Position numbers and translations under genes: made by a program
Shown here: in pieces, positions 1-9,662 of the stretch
How positions within the stretch are numbered: position 1 is the first letter of the stretch
How the letters are laid out: each line of letters starts with the position of its first letter
The notes under the pieces: generated by a model
Database searches by the model: none
What the model saw: the letters and a program-made list of their open reading frames with translations, nothing else
What the model was told of the DNA's origin: nothing
NCBI GenBank assembly: GCA_027328265.1
Contig: DAHVVD010000029.1
Location: 1 to 33,555, forward strand
Direction: 5' to 3'
From: Candidatus Micrarchaeota archaeon
GTDB taxonomy: Archaea; Micrarchaeota; Micrarchaeia; Micrarchaeales; CABMGC01
Length of the DNA stretch: 33,555 bases

Positions 1-102
1 GTTTCCTCCGAATTCCCTACACATGCACAATAGACGTAAGGTTCGTAACCTTTAAATAGGATAAAAATCATAATACAATATAGGTCGACTTAAGGTACAA
101 AC

Positions 103-738
103 ATGAGATTAATGGGAAACCCTAAAGAATTAAAGACTGCAGTTGCAGCCACGCTTATCACAGCCAGTTTGTTTACTGGTGCAAAGTTACCTGCACGCGC
201 AGATACCCTTCCGCAGAGGTTGGTAGTGCAGACAGTGCAGGATAAGCTCAGGGTGATGGTACTCCAAGCGCAACGCAGTGACCAGATAGATAGAGAAAAA
301 ATAAATCTGCAATGGCAAGGAGAACAAGAAGCTTGCAATGGCGCTCAGCGCATACAGGAGCTTCAGGCACGCCAAATCTCCTATATTATCTCTGCAAACC
401 TCAGGGGCATAGCCCAAGCAGCCTTTGGTGCAAACGAGAACATAGCCGATCAAAATATTAGTATTGCTTTTAATAAAGCCGAGACAGCAGCTCTTATGGT
501 CAGGAATGAGGAAGCCGGAGCCGTAGATGGTGTTATGGCATCAGAGACATACAAACTTCAGAATCTTCAAGACACAGCCAGACTACAGATAGTGATGGGC
601 AATAATCCATATTTGCAAGGCAACAAAATAATGAAAGAGGCCAATGTGACTGTGAGAGATGCAAACAAACAAGTTGCAATCATCATGTCAGGTGCCGATC
701 AAAGGGTTCACGTTTTTCTCGGCCCAAAATGTCCTTAA
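103..738 (+). CDS. Hypothetical secreted protein, 211 aa
   Basis: Long ORF with a basic N-terminus then hydrophobic stretch (TAVAATLITASLFTGA) and an ARA-D signal-peptidase-like site. TTTAAATA TATA-like box at 51-58. No family recognised. Confidence 0.65.
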   Translation: MRLMGNPKELKTAVAATLITASLFTGAKLPARADTLPQRLVVQTVQDKLRVMVLQAQRSDQIDREKINLQWQGEQEACNGAQRIQELQARQISYIISANLRGIAQAAFGANENIADQNISIAFNKAETAALMVRNEEAGAVDGVMASETYKLQNLQDTARLQIVMGNNPYLQGNKIMKEANVTVRDANKQVAIIMSGADQRVHVFLGPKCP

Positions 739-811
739 CTGTGAGTACTATTTTTCCTCCTGATTCTTTTATCCTGGCTTTTACTAGCTCGATTATCACG
801 ATACAATTTTC

Positions 812-1588
812 CTATCTCCTATATTCTTGAATAAAACTAGTTAGTGTATAAAGCAAAAACTGCTGCAAACTCATGTTTTCTAACGCTCTGTAATAGTTCT
901 GCTTTGTTTTTTCCATTATTGTTACAGGCAAATAATTATGCGCTGTTAATATATGATTCATAAGCAGCCTGCCTACCCTTCCGTTCCCATCCGCAAACGG
1001 ATGGATTACCTCAAATTGCATGTGAAATATTGAAGCTAAGATGAACGGATACATTTTGTCTTCATTTTTTATGTACCATTCCATAAGGTTTCCCATCCTC
1101 CCTTTCACGTGTTGTGGTGGCGTAGTAGGACTATTCGGTTTAATGTAATTATAGAAATTCTTGTAATAACCTGCATGCTCATCTATGTTCTTTTGTATTA
1201 GAAAATGCAACATTCGTGCTAAATCTTGACTTACTTTTTCACCACTTTTTACCTTAAGAAACTGAAGCACCTCTGATGTATTTCCAGTTTCAAATATTTC
1301 TCTTTTAGATACGCTTTCCGGTTTTTTGCCATTTTTTAGGAAAGCATTAACGTCTTCTTGACTCATTGTGTTCCCTTCAATGCTATTTGTATTGTAAACA
1401 TACCTCTTTTCCCACTGATCCCTGAAAGTCGCCCTTGTATTATCATCAAGAGCGTTAAGAAATAATGTATATTCCTTATTGGTGTCATCAGTTGTTTTCA
1501 ACAGCTCCAAAATCCTTTGGTCTGGAATAAAATCCGATAACCTAGAAATTAGATTGTCTCCATCTTCTGCATAAAATCTATCGCACAT
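812..1588 (-). CDS. Fic/Doc family protein (putative AMPylase, class II autoinhibited); 5' end uncertain
   Basis: Canonical Fic motif HPFADGNGRVGR and N-terminal inhibitory motif TNSIEGN matching (S/T)xxxE(G/N). AT-rich sequence. Confidence 0.92.
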   Translation of the reverse strand: MCDRFYAEDGDNLISRLSDFIPDQRILELLKTTDDTNKEYTLFLNALDDNTRATFRDQWEKRYVYNTNSIEGNTMSQEDVNAFLKNGKKPESVSKREIFETGNTSEVLQFLKVKSGEKVSQDLARMLHFLIQKNIDEHAGYYKNFYNYIKPNSPTTPPQHVKGRMGNLMEWYIKNEDKMYPFILASIFHMQFEVIHPFADGNGRVGRLLMNHILTAHNYLPVTIMEKTKQNYYRALENMSLQQFLLYTLTSFIQEYRR

Positions 1589-1742
1589 ATCAGCGACTTC
1601 AGTATCGCTTTTAGGAGGCGCTGCAGTCTCTTAGGCGCTCTAGAAATGTATAAATCTACACCTTCCGATGTTTTCCTCATAAGTATATTCGTCTCTCTAA
1701 TTATCTCATTGGTTATTTATAAGCCTCCCGCCCCCGTAGTTC

Positions 1743-2249
1743 TTAAGGAGCGACATACACAATATTAACCTCCTGTGTCTTTTCTATCGGAAAAGAGAGT
1801 AGACCTTCATGCTTCAGCTCAACTTTTATATACCATCGCACGATGTTAGAGCCACCCATTAAGCCTGCCATGCTACCCAGAAACATTTCCGCTGCCTGTG
1901 CATTCTTATTCGGTTGAGAGCCAGCCGCGTTTGCCTGCGGTATTACGAAACTGAATTTGTACTGGTACGGACTACCGCTTTTTGCATAAAGCTTCTCGCC
2001 GTCTAACGATTGCTTGTTGGTATAAACGTTCATCTTGCTTTGGCTCATCCCGCTTCCTCCGCCGCCCATGCCCATCTGAGTCATGGTCCGTTCTGCATAA
2101 AGTATAGCAACGACCTCCTTGCCCTTGACGTCCTTGTTCAAGGTAAGCGTCGCGGTGCCTTCAAGCGCCTGTCCAGGAGCCACATTCTGGCTTTTTAGCG
2201 CAATCTCCATCTTGCCCTCTCCAGGTCCAAACAACCCCATAGCAACCAT
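1743..2249 (-). CDS. SpoOM/arrestin-N-like beta-sandwich protein
   Basis: Pattern MGLFG..KMEIAL...VAPGQALEGTATLTL...YKFSFVIP...VRWYIKVEL fits SpoOM/arrestin-like proteins. Start moved to ATG 2249 (or 2240) because the listed 2327 start overlaps trpS and the divergent promoter. Confidence 0.55.
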   Translation of the reverse strand: MVAMGLFGPGEGKMEIALKSQNVAPGQALEGTATLTLNKDVKGKEVVAILYAERTMTQMGMGGGGSGMSQSKMNVYTNKQSLDGEKLYAKSGSPYQYKFSFVIPQANAAGSQPNKNAQAAEMFLGSMAGLMGGSNIVRWYIKVELKHEGLLSFPIEKTQEVNIVYVAP

Positions 2250-2304
2250 CAGGATAACTCCTATTATATATTTATGTCTTAACCCTACTTGAAAGAATGA
2301 TCCC

Positions 2305-3426
2305 ATGCCAGAAGAGTTCAATGTCACTCCTTACGAAGTGGAAGGAAAGGTGAACTACGAGAGGCTTACCGAGCAGTTCGGAATCAATCCCATAACAGAG
2401 GATATGGAGAAGAGAATTGCGAGACTTGCAGGCGAGCCCCATTACTTGATACGCAGGAAGATATATTTCGCGCAGAGGGAGCTCAACTGGCTGCTCGACG
2501 AATATGAGAAGGGCAACAAGTTCTACGTCTACACCGGCATCGCGCCTTCGGGGAGCATGACAGTCGCACACCTCCTTCCATTCGTAATGGCGCAATGGTT
2601 GCAGGAGAAATTCGGCGCAGATGTCTACATCCAGATACCCGACGAGGAGAAATTCCTGAACAAGAAGGACCCCAAACTGACGCTCGACTATACGAATGGT
2701 CTCGCCCACCAGGACGCGCTTGACATAGTCGCACTCGGCTTCAAGCCGAAGAAGACCAAGATTTACATCGACACCGAGAACGCAGGAGTACTATACAAAC
2801 AGGCTGTGAGAGTGGCGAAACGCGTAACCTTCTCGATGATAAAGGACGCCTTCGGCTTCAGCAACGAGACAAACATAGGTGCAATCTTCTACACGAGCAC
2901 GCAGGCTGTCGGTACATTCATAAAATCTGTTGAGGAAGGGAGGAAGGTGCCATGCCTGATCCCTCTAGGCGTAGACCAGGACGTCCATTTCAGGATCGCT
3001 CGCGACGTCGTTGAGAAGATGGGCTACTACAAGCCAGCGATAATCCACAGCAAGTTCATGCCAGGTCTGAAGGGCGAGCCGAAGATGTCCTCGAGCGATC
3101 CGAACGGCGCAATATACCTTAGCGACCCTCCGGAGACTGTGGAGAGGAAGGTAAACAAGGCCATAACCGGGCAGCAGTCTACAGCGGAGCTCCAGAAGAA
3201 ATACGGCGGCGACCCTGAGAAATGCTCAGTATGTCAGTATTACAAATACCTCTTCGAGCCTGACGACAAGAAATTAAAGAAGATACTCGATGCAGAAAGG
3301 GACGGAACCATGCTTGCAGGGGAGCACAAGGCTGCCCTCGCGGAGAGGATAAACGAATTTCTTGAAAAGCACAGAAAGGAGAAGGAGAGGCTTAAGGGAA
3401 AGATGGAAGAATTCATGCTCGGCTAG
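2305..3426 (+). CDS. trpS: Tryptophan--tRNA ligase (archaeal type)
   Basis: VTPYEVEG..NYERL start, YTGIAPSG with HIGH-like TVAH, GVDQDVHFR, KMSSS, and the C-terminal KKYGGDPEKC segment. Confidence 0.95.
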   Translation: MPEEFNVTPYEVEGKVNYERLTEQFGINPITEDMEKRIARLAGEPHYLIRRKIYFAQRELNWLLDEYEKGNKFYVYTGIAPSGSMTVAHLLPFVMAQWLQEKFGADVYIQIPDEEKFLNKKDPKLTLDYTNGLAHQDALDIVALGFKPKKTKIYIDTENAGVLYKQAVRVAKRVTFSMIKDAFGFSNETNIGAIFYTSTQAVGTFIKSVEEGRKVPCLIPLGVDQDVHFRIARDVVEKMGYYKPAIIHSKFMPGLKGEPKMSSSDPNGAIYLSDPPETVERKVNKAITGQQSTAELQKKYGGDPEKCSVCQYYKYLFEPDDKKLKKILDAERDGTMLAGEHKAALAERINEFLEKHRKEKERLKGKMEEFMLG

Positions 3427-4142
3427 CGCTTCGGCTCTATCTCTATTCCGTGCGGCGTTATTGTCATCTTGCACAGAGTGCTCTTGAACTTGGAATAGCG
3501 CATCTTAACCACATTTAGGAAGTACTGCATCTCGCTTCCAGATATTGCCTCTCTCTGCAGCTTTATTATTCCGTCGAACATCGATTCTTCGAAGAGGCCA
3601 GGAGGCTCATCAGGGTCTTTTTCTGCAGTCTCGAACGTCATGATGCTTGTCACTCCCTGGTCCCTTATGCTTTCCACTATGTAGTTTATACCCCTTGTGA
3701 AAGAGCGATCATCACCATAGAGAGAGCGGAGCAGACTGAACGAATCTATAATTAGTAATTTTGAACTGTTCAGCTCAGTGGTCCTTATTATCTCAGCTAC
3801 CATCTCCTGTATGCTCTCCGGGCTTCTTATCGCGTACTGCAGCTTCTTCTCCACGACATTCAACCTGGTGGTGCCTATAAATTCCTTCGCATCAGAAAAC
3901 TCGGAGAACGTACTCACCACGAAGCTGATCAGCGCCTTCCTGTTCTCCTCTATCGTAAGATATGTAGTTGGAACGCCTCTTTTGGCGTTGTGATATGCTA
4001 TCTCAAATGAGAGAAGCGTCTTGCCTGATCCTGCCTCGCCAAGTAGAAGTGTCTGGCTCTTCTCAGGAATGCCTCCATAGAGCAATTCGTCCAGGCCGTC
4101 TATTCCTGTGCTTAGCCTCTCAATCTTGTTTTCTCCATCCAT
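3423..4142 (-). CDS. KaiC/RAD55 family single-domain RecA-superfamily ATPase
   Basis: STGIDGLDELLYGGIP, Walker A GEAGSGKT, IEE, Walker B LLIIDS, DGIIKL and KMR. Likely start is ATG 4142 (MDGENK). Confidence 0.9.
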   Translation of the reverse strand: MDGENKIERLSTGIDGLDELLYGGIPEKSQTLLLGEAGSGKTLLSFEIAYHNAKRGVPTTYLTIEENRKALISFVVSTFSEFSDAKEFIGTTRLNVVEKKLQYAIRSPESIQEMVAEIIRTTELNSSKLLIIDSFSLLRSLYGDDRSFTRGINYIVESIRDQGVTSIMTFETAEKDPDEPPGLFEESMFDGIIKLQREAISGSEMQYFLNVVKMRYSKFKSTLCKMTITPHGIEIEPKR

Positions 4143-4285
4143 TTGTGCCCACACTACAGCTTTCCCTGTTTCACCTATACAAAATATTCTTATATAACTT
4201 TTGATAAAAGCCTTTGCCGCATTAAACCAAGACCCTGTGTGGCGTAAGGACACGAAGCCGCATTAACGTAATAAATACCTAAATC

Positions 4286-4304
4286 TTTCAACTTTTTGTT
4301 GAAA
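4286..4304. promoter_or_regulatory. Perfect inverted repeat TTTCAAC-N5-GTTGAAA, candidate operator of the wHTH-grpE-dnaK-dnaJ operon
   Basis: 7-bp arms read directly from the sequence, about 10 bp upstream of a TATA-like TATTTATATA (4314-4323). Confidence 0.5.
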
Positions 4305-4330
4305 ATAAGCAAATATTTATATATCTATAA

Positions 4331-4780
4331 GTGCATAAGATGGATATGTCAAGCACAGAGAAGCTAGTCATAAAGGCACTCAACAAGCCGGCAAAAGGAG
4401 GCCAGGAAGAAATATTGGAATGGTTCTGCGAAGTTTTCGATCTAGCAGGGAAGAATGACCCCCTTGAACCGGAGATGCTAAGGCAGATAGCCGAGAGGAG
4501 CATAAAGGGAGAGGGCATAACGAGCAAGGATCTAAACAAGAGGCTGGAGACGCCAAGAAGCACAGTGATCTACCACCTCAACAGATTCATCTACTCGGGC
4601 CTTGTAGTGAGGAAGGGCAGGAAATATTATCTGAGGTCTAACGATATGACAAGCACCCTTGAGGAGATGCAGGCAGAGATGGAAAGAGAATTCAACAGGA
4701 TGATGGAGCTCGCAGGGAAACTGGACAAGATGCTTGAAAGTGAGGCTTATGGCAGAAGACGAAAAGAAAGAGAAGAATGA
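4331..4780 (+). CDS. Winged-helix (ArsR/TrmB-like) transcriptional regulator heading the dnaK operon
   Basis: HTH ITSKDLNKRLETPRSTVIYHLNRFIYSGLV, wing RKGRKYYL and a C-terminal coiled coil. Overlaps the grpE start. The start may be ATG 4340 or 4346. Confidence 0.8.
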   Translation: MHKMDMSSTEKLVIKALNKPAKGGQEEILEWFCEVFDLAGKNDPLEPEMLRQIAERSIKGEGITSKDLNKRLETPRSTVIYHLNRFIYSGLVVRKGRKYYLRSNDMTSTLEEMQAEMEREFNRMMELAGKLDKMLESEAYGRRRKEREE

Positions 4781-5267
4781 AAAAGAAGAGACGCCAAAGG
4801 AACCCAAGAAGGAAGAGGGCCAGAAGAGCGAAAGCGAGGAACTGAAGGACAGGCTGCTCAGGCTCGCAGCGGAATTCGACAATTACAAGAAAAGGTCGTC
4901 AAAAGACCTGGACAATGCGAAAAAGGTAGGGAAGGCGGAGCTAGCAGCAAAGCTCCTTCCGATACTCGACGAGTTCGAGATCGCGATAGAGAGCACCGAC
5001 ACCAAGACTGAGCACGGAAAAGGGATGGCGATTGTCTTCTCAAACTTCGTTGAAGTGATGAAGAAGGAGGGACTCAAGGAAATAGAGTGCAGCGGTGTCT
5101 ATGACCCGTATAAACACGAGATCATGATGACAAAAGAGAGCAATGAAAAAGAAGGAACGATACTTGACGTGATAAGGAAAGGTTATTTATGGAATGAAAT
5201 TATGCTTAGACCCGCTTCGGTGATAGCATCAAGCGGGGAAAAGAAAGAGGAAGAGATAAAAAAGTGA
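4749..5267 (+). CDS. grpE: Nucleotide exchange factor GrpE
   Basis: [28 protein letters not shown] and KGY...MLRPASV motifs; directly upstream of dnaK. ATG at 4749. Confidence 0.96.
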   Translation: MAEDEKKEKNEKEETPKEPKKEEGQKSESEELKDRLLRLAAEFDNYKKRSSKDLDNAKKVGKAELAAKLLPILDEFEIAIESTDTKTEHGKGMAIVFSNFVEVMKKEGLKEIECSGVYDPYKHEIMMTKESNEKEGTILDVIRKGYLWNEIMLRPASVIASSGEKKEEEIKK

Positions 5268-5271
5268 TAAC

Positions 5272-7119
5272 ATGAGCAAAGTAATAGGAGTGGATTTAGG
5301 AACGAGCAACAGCGCAGCAGCGGTACTTGAAGGAGGAAGACCAGTGCTTATACCAAGCGCGGAGGGAACATCGCTTTACGGGAAGTCTTTCCCTAGCTAT
5401 GTGGCGTTTACAAAGGACGGACAGAGGCTAGTGGGAGAGCCGGCAAAGAGGCAGGCGGTGGCTAACTACGAAGGCACGCTGACAGCATTCAAGAGAAAGA
5501 TGGGGACCAGCTTCAAGTACAATATCTTTGGCAAGGAGTACACGCCTCAGGAACTTTCTGCAATGATACTCCAGAAGATAAAGAAGGATGCCGAGGCGTT
5601 TCTCGGAGAGGAAGTAAAGCAGGCAGTAATAACGGTGCCAGCTTACTTCAACGACAATCAGAGGCAGGCAACAAAGGACGCAGGAGAGATAGCGGGCCTC
5701 GAAGTCGTAAGACTCGTCAACGAGCCGACTGCGGCAGCTCTGGCTTATGGGCTTGACAAGCAGAGCAAGGAGATGAAGATACTAGTTTACGACCTAGGAG
5801 GAGGAACCCTGGACGTAACGATAATGGAATTCGGGAACGGCGTCTTCGAGGTGAAATCGACAAGCGGCGACACCCAGCTCGGAGGGACTGACATGGACAG
5901 CGCCATAACCGACTTCCTCAAGGCAGAGGTGCTCAAAGGAGGCCTAGATATCTCTAAGGACAATCAGGCACTTCAGAGACTAAGGGAGGCTGCTGAGAAG
6001 GCGAAGATTGAGCTCTCAACGACACTATCAAGCGAGATAAACCTTCCTTTCCTCGGAGTGAAGGACGGAAAGCTATTCAACTTCACATATGCTCTGACAA
6101 GGGCAAAGCTGGAGGACATAGTGCTCCAGATAGTCGAGAAGACGACTAAGCCGGTAATGCAGGCGCTTAAAGACGCAAAGATGGATCCCAAGGACATAGA
6201 CAAAGTCATACTCATAGGAGGGCCCACGAGGATGCCCATAGTCCAAAGATACGTCGAACAGCTACTCGGAAAGAAGATAGAACGCGGAGTGGACCCGATG
6301 GAGGCTGTGGCATTCGGAGCAGCAATACAGGCAGGCGTTCTCACCGGAGAGGTAAAGGACATACTCCTACTCGATGTGACCCCTCTTTCACTGGGGCTCG
6401 AAACCCTCGGAGGCGTAACAACGACGCTCATAGACAGGAACACGACAGTGCCGGTGAAGAAGTCGCAGATCTTCTCGACAGCGAGCGACAACCAGAACAC
6501 CGTCGACATACACGTGCTCCAGGGAGAGAACAAGATGGCGAAGTACAATATCTCGCTTGGAAGGTTCCAGCTCACTGGCATACCTCCAGCACCGCGCGGA
6601 GTACCGCAGATAGAAGTTACATTCGACATAGACGCGAACGGCATAATCCACGTAACCGCGAAAGACAAGGCAACCGGCAAGGAGCAGAGCACGAAGATAG
6701 TTGCACCGCAGAAGATGAGCAGGGATGAGATAGAAAAGAAGATGAAGGAGAGCGAGCAGTACGCGACTCAGGACAAGGAGGAATTCGAGAAGGCCGAGAC
6801 TAAGAACAACGCAGAAGCGCTTATCTATACTGCCGACCACACCCTGAAGGAATACGGGGACAAGATAGCTAAGGATGTAGCAGAAAAGGTAGAGAACGCA
6901 AAGAAGAATCTTCAGGAAGCCATCAAGAAGGACGACATGCGTGAGGTAAAGGAGAAGTCTGATAGCCTCAACCAAATCTTGCAGGAGATTGGTTCCAGCA
7001 TGTACAAAGGCGCAGGTCCAGAAGCCGCAGGAAACCAAGGCCCGGAACAGGGTCCAGGACCTAGCGGAAGTGCAAATAACGACGGCTCAGTGAACGCCGA
7101 CTTCAAGGTCGAGAAGTGA
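5272..7119 (+). CDS. dnaK: Chaperone DnaK (Hsp70)
   Basis: [39 protein letters not shown] and [15 protein letters not shown]. Confidence 0.99.
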   Translation: MSKVIGVDLGTSNSAAAVLEGGRPVLIPSAEGTSLYGKSFPSYVAFTKDGQRLVGEPAKRQAVANYEGTLTAFKRKMGTSFKYNIFGKEYTPQELSAMILQKIKKDAEAFLGEEVKQAVITVPAYFNDNQRQATKDAGEIAGLEVVRLVNEPTAAALAYGLDKQSKEMKILVYDLGGGTLDVTIMEFGNGVFEVKSTSGDTQLGGTDMDSAITDFLKAEVLKGGLDISKDNQALQRLREAAEKAKIELSTTLSSEINLPFLGVKDGKLFNFTYALTRAKLEDIVLQIVEKTTKPVMQALKDAKMDPKDIDKVILIGGPTRMPIVQRYVEQLLGKKIERGVDPMEAVAFGAAIQAGVLTGEVKDILLLDVTPLSLGLETLGGVTTTLIDRNTTVPVKKSQIFSTASDNQNTVDIHVLQGENKMAKYNISLGRFQLTGIPPAPRGVPQIEVTFDIDANGIIHVTAKDKATGKEQSTKIVAPQKMSRDEIEKKMKESEQYATQDKEEFEKAETKNNAEALIYTADHTLKEYGDKIAKDVAEKVENAKKNLQEAIKKDDMREVKEKSDSLNQILQEIGSSMYKGAGPEAAGNQGPEQGPGPSGSANNDGSVNADFKVEK

Positions 7120-7137
7120 AAATAGCAGTAGGTCACC

Positions 7138-8253
7138 ATGGCTGACGATTATTATGAAATCCTCGGTGTCCAGAAGGCAGCCACTACTGGCGAGATCAAG
7201 AAGGCCTACAGGGATCTTGCCCTGAAATATCACCCAGACCGCAATAAGGATAAGGACGCCGAGGAGCGTTTCAAAAAGGTTAACGAAGCCTATGCTGTCC
7301 TTAGCAACCCCGAGAAGCGCAAGAGCTACGACATGTACGGCGCCGAAGGATTCCAGCAGAGATATTCTGCTGAGGATATTTTCCGCGGCACTAATTTTGA
7401 GGACCTCTTTCGTGAGATGGGGATAAACCTTGGTTTCGATACTTCTGGAATTTTCGGGAGCGCCTTCGGTCAGGGATTCGGGCAGAGCATGGAACGCGGA
7501 AGCGACCTGCTTTATGGTATGGAAATATCTCTTGAGGAGGCAGCAAACGGAACTAAGAAAGAGGTCAGTATCAAGCACGTCAAGAAATGTGAGCGCTGCG
7601 GAGGCAGCGGCGCCGAACCTGGCTCCAGGATAACAAAATGCCCTGATTGCGGAGGCTCAGGCAGGGTAAGACACATAACAAACACAATCTTCGGGAGCAT
7701 GCAGACCATAACGACGTGCCAACGATGCGGCGGAAAGGGCAAATCATATGATAGAAAATGCAGGGCATGCGGAGGCAGCTGCGGAGTCATAGGGATAGAT
7801 AAAGTTGAGGTCAGCGTCCCAGCAGGAATAAGGGACCAAATGAGGCTAAGGCTAGAGGGCTTGGGAGATTACGGCAAGGACGGCTCAGGCGACCTCTATA
7901 TCGAGATGAAGATTGCGAAGCACAGATACTTCACTAGGAAAGAAGATGACATCTACGTGGACGTGTCAGTGCCGTTCCATACTGCAGCCCTCGGTGGTAA
8001 CATCGATGTGCCTACGCTTTCTGGAAAACAGACAGTGACAATTGAGCCAGGCACACAGCCAAACACGCAGAAGGTGTTGCATGGCGCCGGCATAAAACAT
8101 TTCAGGGGCAGCTCCAGAGGCGACGAGGTCGTAAATATCAAGGTAGAGATACCGAAGAGCCTTTCAGGAGAAAAGAAAGAGCTTATGGAAAGATTCAAGG
8201 CGCTGGACAGCGGCAAAGATTCTGAGTCAAAGAAGAAATACGGCTTTTTCTAA
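7138..8253 (+). CDS. dnaJ: Chaperone DnaJ
   Basis: J domain with HPD, G/F-rich region, four CxxCxG zinc-finger repeats and a C-terminal domain. Confidence 0.98.
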   Translation: MADDYYEILGVQKAATTGEIKKAYRDLALKYHPDRNKDKDAEERFKKVNEAYAVLSNPEKRKSYDMYGAEGFQQRYSAEDIFRGTNFEDLFREMGINLGFDTSGIFGSAFGQGFGQSMERGSDLLYGMEISLEEAANGTKKEVSIKHVKKCERCGGSGAEPGSRITKCPDCGGSGRVRHITNTIFGSMQTITTCQRCGGKGKSYDRKCRACGGSCGVIGIDKVEVSVPAGIRDQMRLRLEGLGDYGKDGSGDLYIEMKIAKHRYFTRKEDDIYVDVSVPFHTAALGGNIDVPTLSGKQTVTIEPGTQPNTQKVLHGAGIKHFRGSSRGDEVVNIKVEIPKSLSGEKKELMERFKALDSGKDSESKKKYGFF

Positions 8254-8313
8254 AACTCAGGTTCTATCCACAAACTCATTACCTAATTCCGATGTCGCAT
8301 TTATTGCCTATTT

Positions 8314-8949
8314 TTATCCAAAAACCAATATATAGATTCCCACTACAGCAATAACTAATCCTGTAAGTACATCATTGTATCTTGGATCTAACTTTTCTAA
8401 ACGCTTCGCAAATCGTGAATGTTCAACTAAATAATGACCTCCAAAGACAAATAGAAGCAGAGTCATTACAGAAGCAACAGCAAAAACTATCGCTACTTGA
8501 ATAGCAAAACTGAAGCCTATGGGAATAGCAATAAGGAAGATCGGTAATATTGACAAATCAGGAGATAATGCTGCACCAAGCACTGCGAAATTGCTAATTT
8601 CTTTTGTATGTGTATGCGACTTCCCCTCTTCTTCACAGTGTTCTTCTGCCTTGTAGGATTTTACCGCATAGTAAAGCCCTGCCACTATCATTATCATGCC
8701 GATTATCTTCGTAATGGCGGATAAGACAAATTTTGAGCTAAATATGCCTACAATCACGACCGCAAATCCTAATATCACAGATAGGATTACGTGCCCAACG
8801 CTTGTTAATATGCTGTTCTTGAACAATTTATTATGAGTCCAACGGTTTGCTCTGCCAAGCATTACAAGAGTAGCCCAATGGTCAGGTGCGGACATGTGCA
8901 ATATACCCACCGATGCTGCGGCAAAAAGCAAAGCAGCAGTTGAAATCAT
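8314..8949 (-). CDS. Ni/Co transporter-like membrane protein (NiCoT/RcnA/UreH superfamily)
   Basis: About 6 TM segments, signature GILHMSAPDHW (HxxxPDH), GH in TM2 and a His/Glu-rich loop EEHCEEEGKSHTHT. Confidence 0.75.
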   Translation of the reverse strand: MISTAALLFAAASVGILHMSAPDHWATLVMLGRANRWTHNKLFKNSILTSVGHVILSVILGFAVVIVGIFSSKFVLSAITKIIGMIMIVAGLYYAVKSYKAEEHCEEEGKSHTHTKEISNFAVLGAALSPDLSILPIFLIAIPIGFSFAIQVAIVFAVASVMTLLLFVFGGHYLVEHSRFAKRLEKLDPRYNDVLTGLVIAVVGIYILVFG

Positions 8950-9055
8950 TTAATCTTAAGATATACCTACACTCAACTTTAATAGGCTTAGCCAGATTAA
9001 TCAGAGCTTTAGAAGAATCTTTGGAAAACACAGTAGCTCTAATGGAGCCTCGTAG

Positions 9056-9373
9056 TTAGTCTTGCTTATCAAGCGCGCCTTCCTTGAACAGCAACTCTTT
9101 CTTCCTTTCAACACCTCCTGTTCCACTGTAGTTGCCTATTTTGCCGTCGCTCTTTATCACTCTGTGGCAAGGAATAGTTATCGGGAAGGGATTGTTCTTC
9201 ATCACAGTACCTACGGCCCTATATGCCTTAGGGCTGCCTGCCTTCTTGGCAAGTTCCTTGTAAGATAATGTCTCCCCTTCCTTTATCCCATAGCAAGCCA
9301 GGAGCACCCTTCTCTGGAAAGCCGTGAATTCGAATTGGTCGAGCTTCCTCTCGATTTCCTTTCTTGCTGTCAA
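9056..9373 (-). CDS. ogt: Methylated-DNA--protein-cysteine methyltransferase (C-terminal domain only)
   Basis: SYKELA..AGSPKAYRAVG and active-site NPFPITIPCHRV; TTG start. Confidence 0.93.
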   Translation of the reverse strand: MTARKEIERKLDQFEFTAFQRRVLLACYGIKEGETLSYKELAKKAGSPKAYRAVGTVMKNNPFPITIPCHRVIKSDGKIGNYSGTGGVERKKELLFKEGALDKQD

Positions 9374-9377
9374 CGAA

Positions 9378-9644
9378 TCAGTCTTTTATTGATTCCAAAA
9401 GGCTTAATAGGTTCCATATCACCGTCCTTGCGTAGGGCGGCAGGTTTATGTCGTTGCTTACCTCGTCTATCTTATACATTGCATTAGAGGCCTTTACTGA
9501 ATAACCCTCGTTCTGCTCAAGCGCCTTCCTCGCCTCGTCAAGCGCTGTCTTCACGTTCCTTGGAACGCTGTTGTCGTTGAGCAGCATCTCTATCTGCTGC
9601 TTTATCTGCGTTATCGTCTCCTCGTGTTTTTTGTCCTCTGCCAT
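9378..9644 (-). CDS. UPF0147 family archaeal protein
   Basis: DNSVPRNVK...DEVSNDINLPPYARTVIWNLLSLLES. ATG 9644 is preceded by an AGGTGA RBS. Confidence 0.9.
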   Translation of the reverse strand: MAEDKKHEETITQIKQQIEMLLNDNSVPRNVKTALDEARKALEQNEGYSVKASNAMYKIDEVSNDINLPPYARTVIWNLLSLLESIKD

Positions 9645-9662
9645 GTTAGTCACCTACTGTCT

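Noticed and set aside
4143..4253. N-terminal extension of the KaiC-like ORF given in the ORF track (likewise 2250-2327 and 4734-4748 for neighbouring genes)
   Set aside because: These extensions run through AT-rich promoter DNA or overlap adjacent genes; downstream ATGs match the family N-termini better.
5973..7578. Long antisense ORFs (239, 216 and 163 aa) opposite dnaK/dnaJ, and similar ones opposite nrdAB and r-protein genes
   Set aside because: Shadow ORFs caused by codon bias of well-supported genes on the other strand; no recognisable motifs.
7756..7785. Fourth DnaJ zinc-finger repeat reads CRACGGSCG instead of CxxCxGxG
   Set aside because: Both zinc-binding cysteines are intact; a minor variant.
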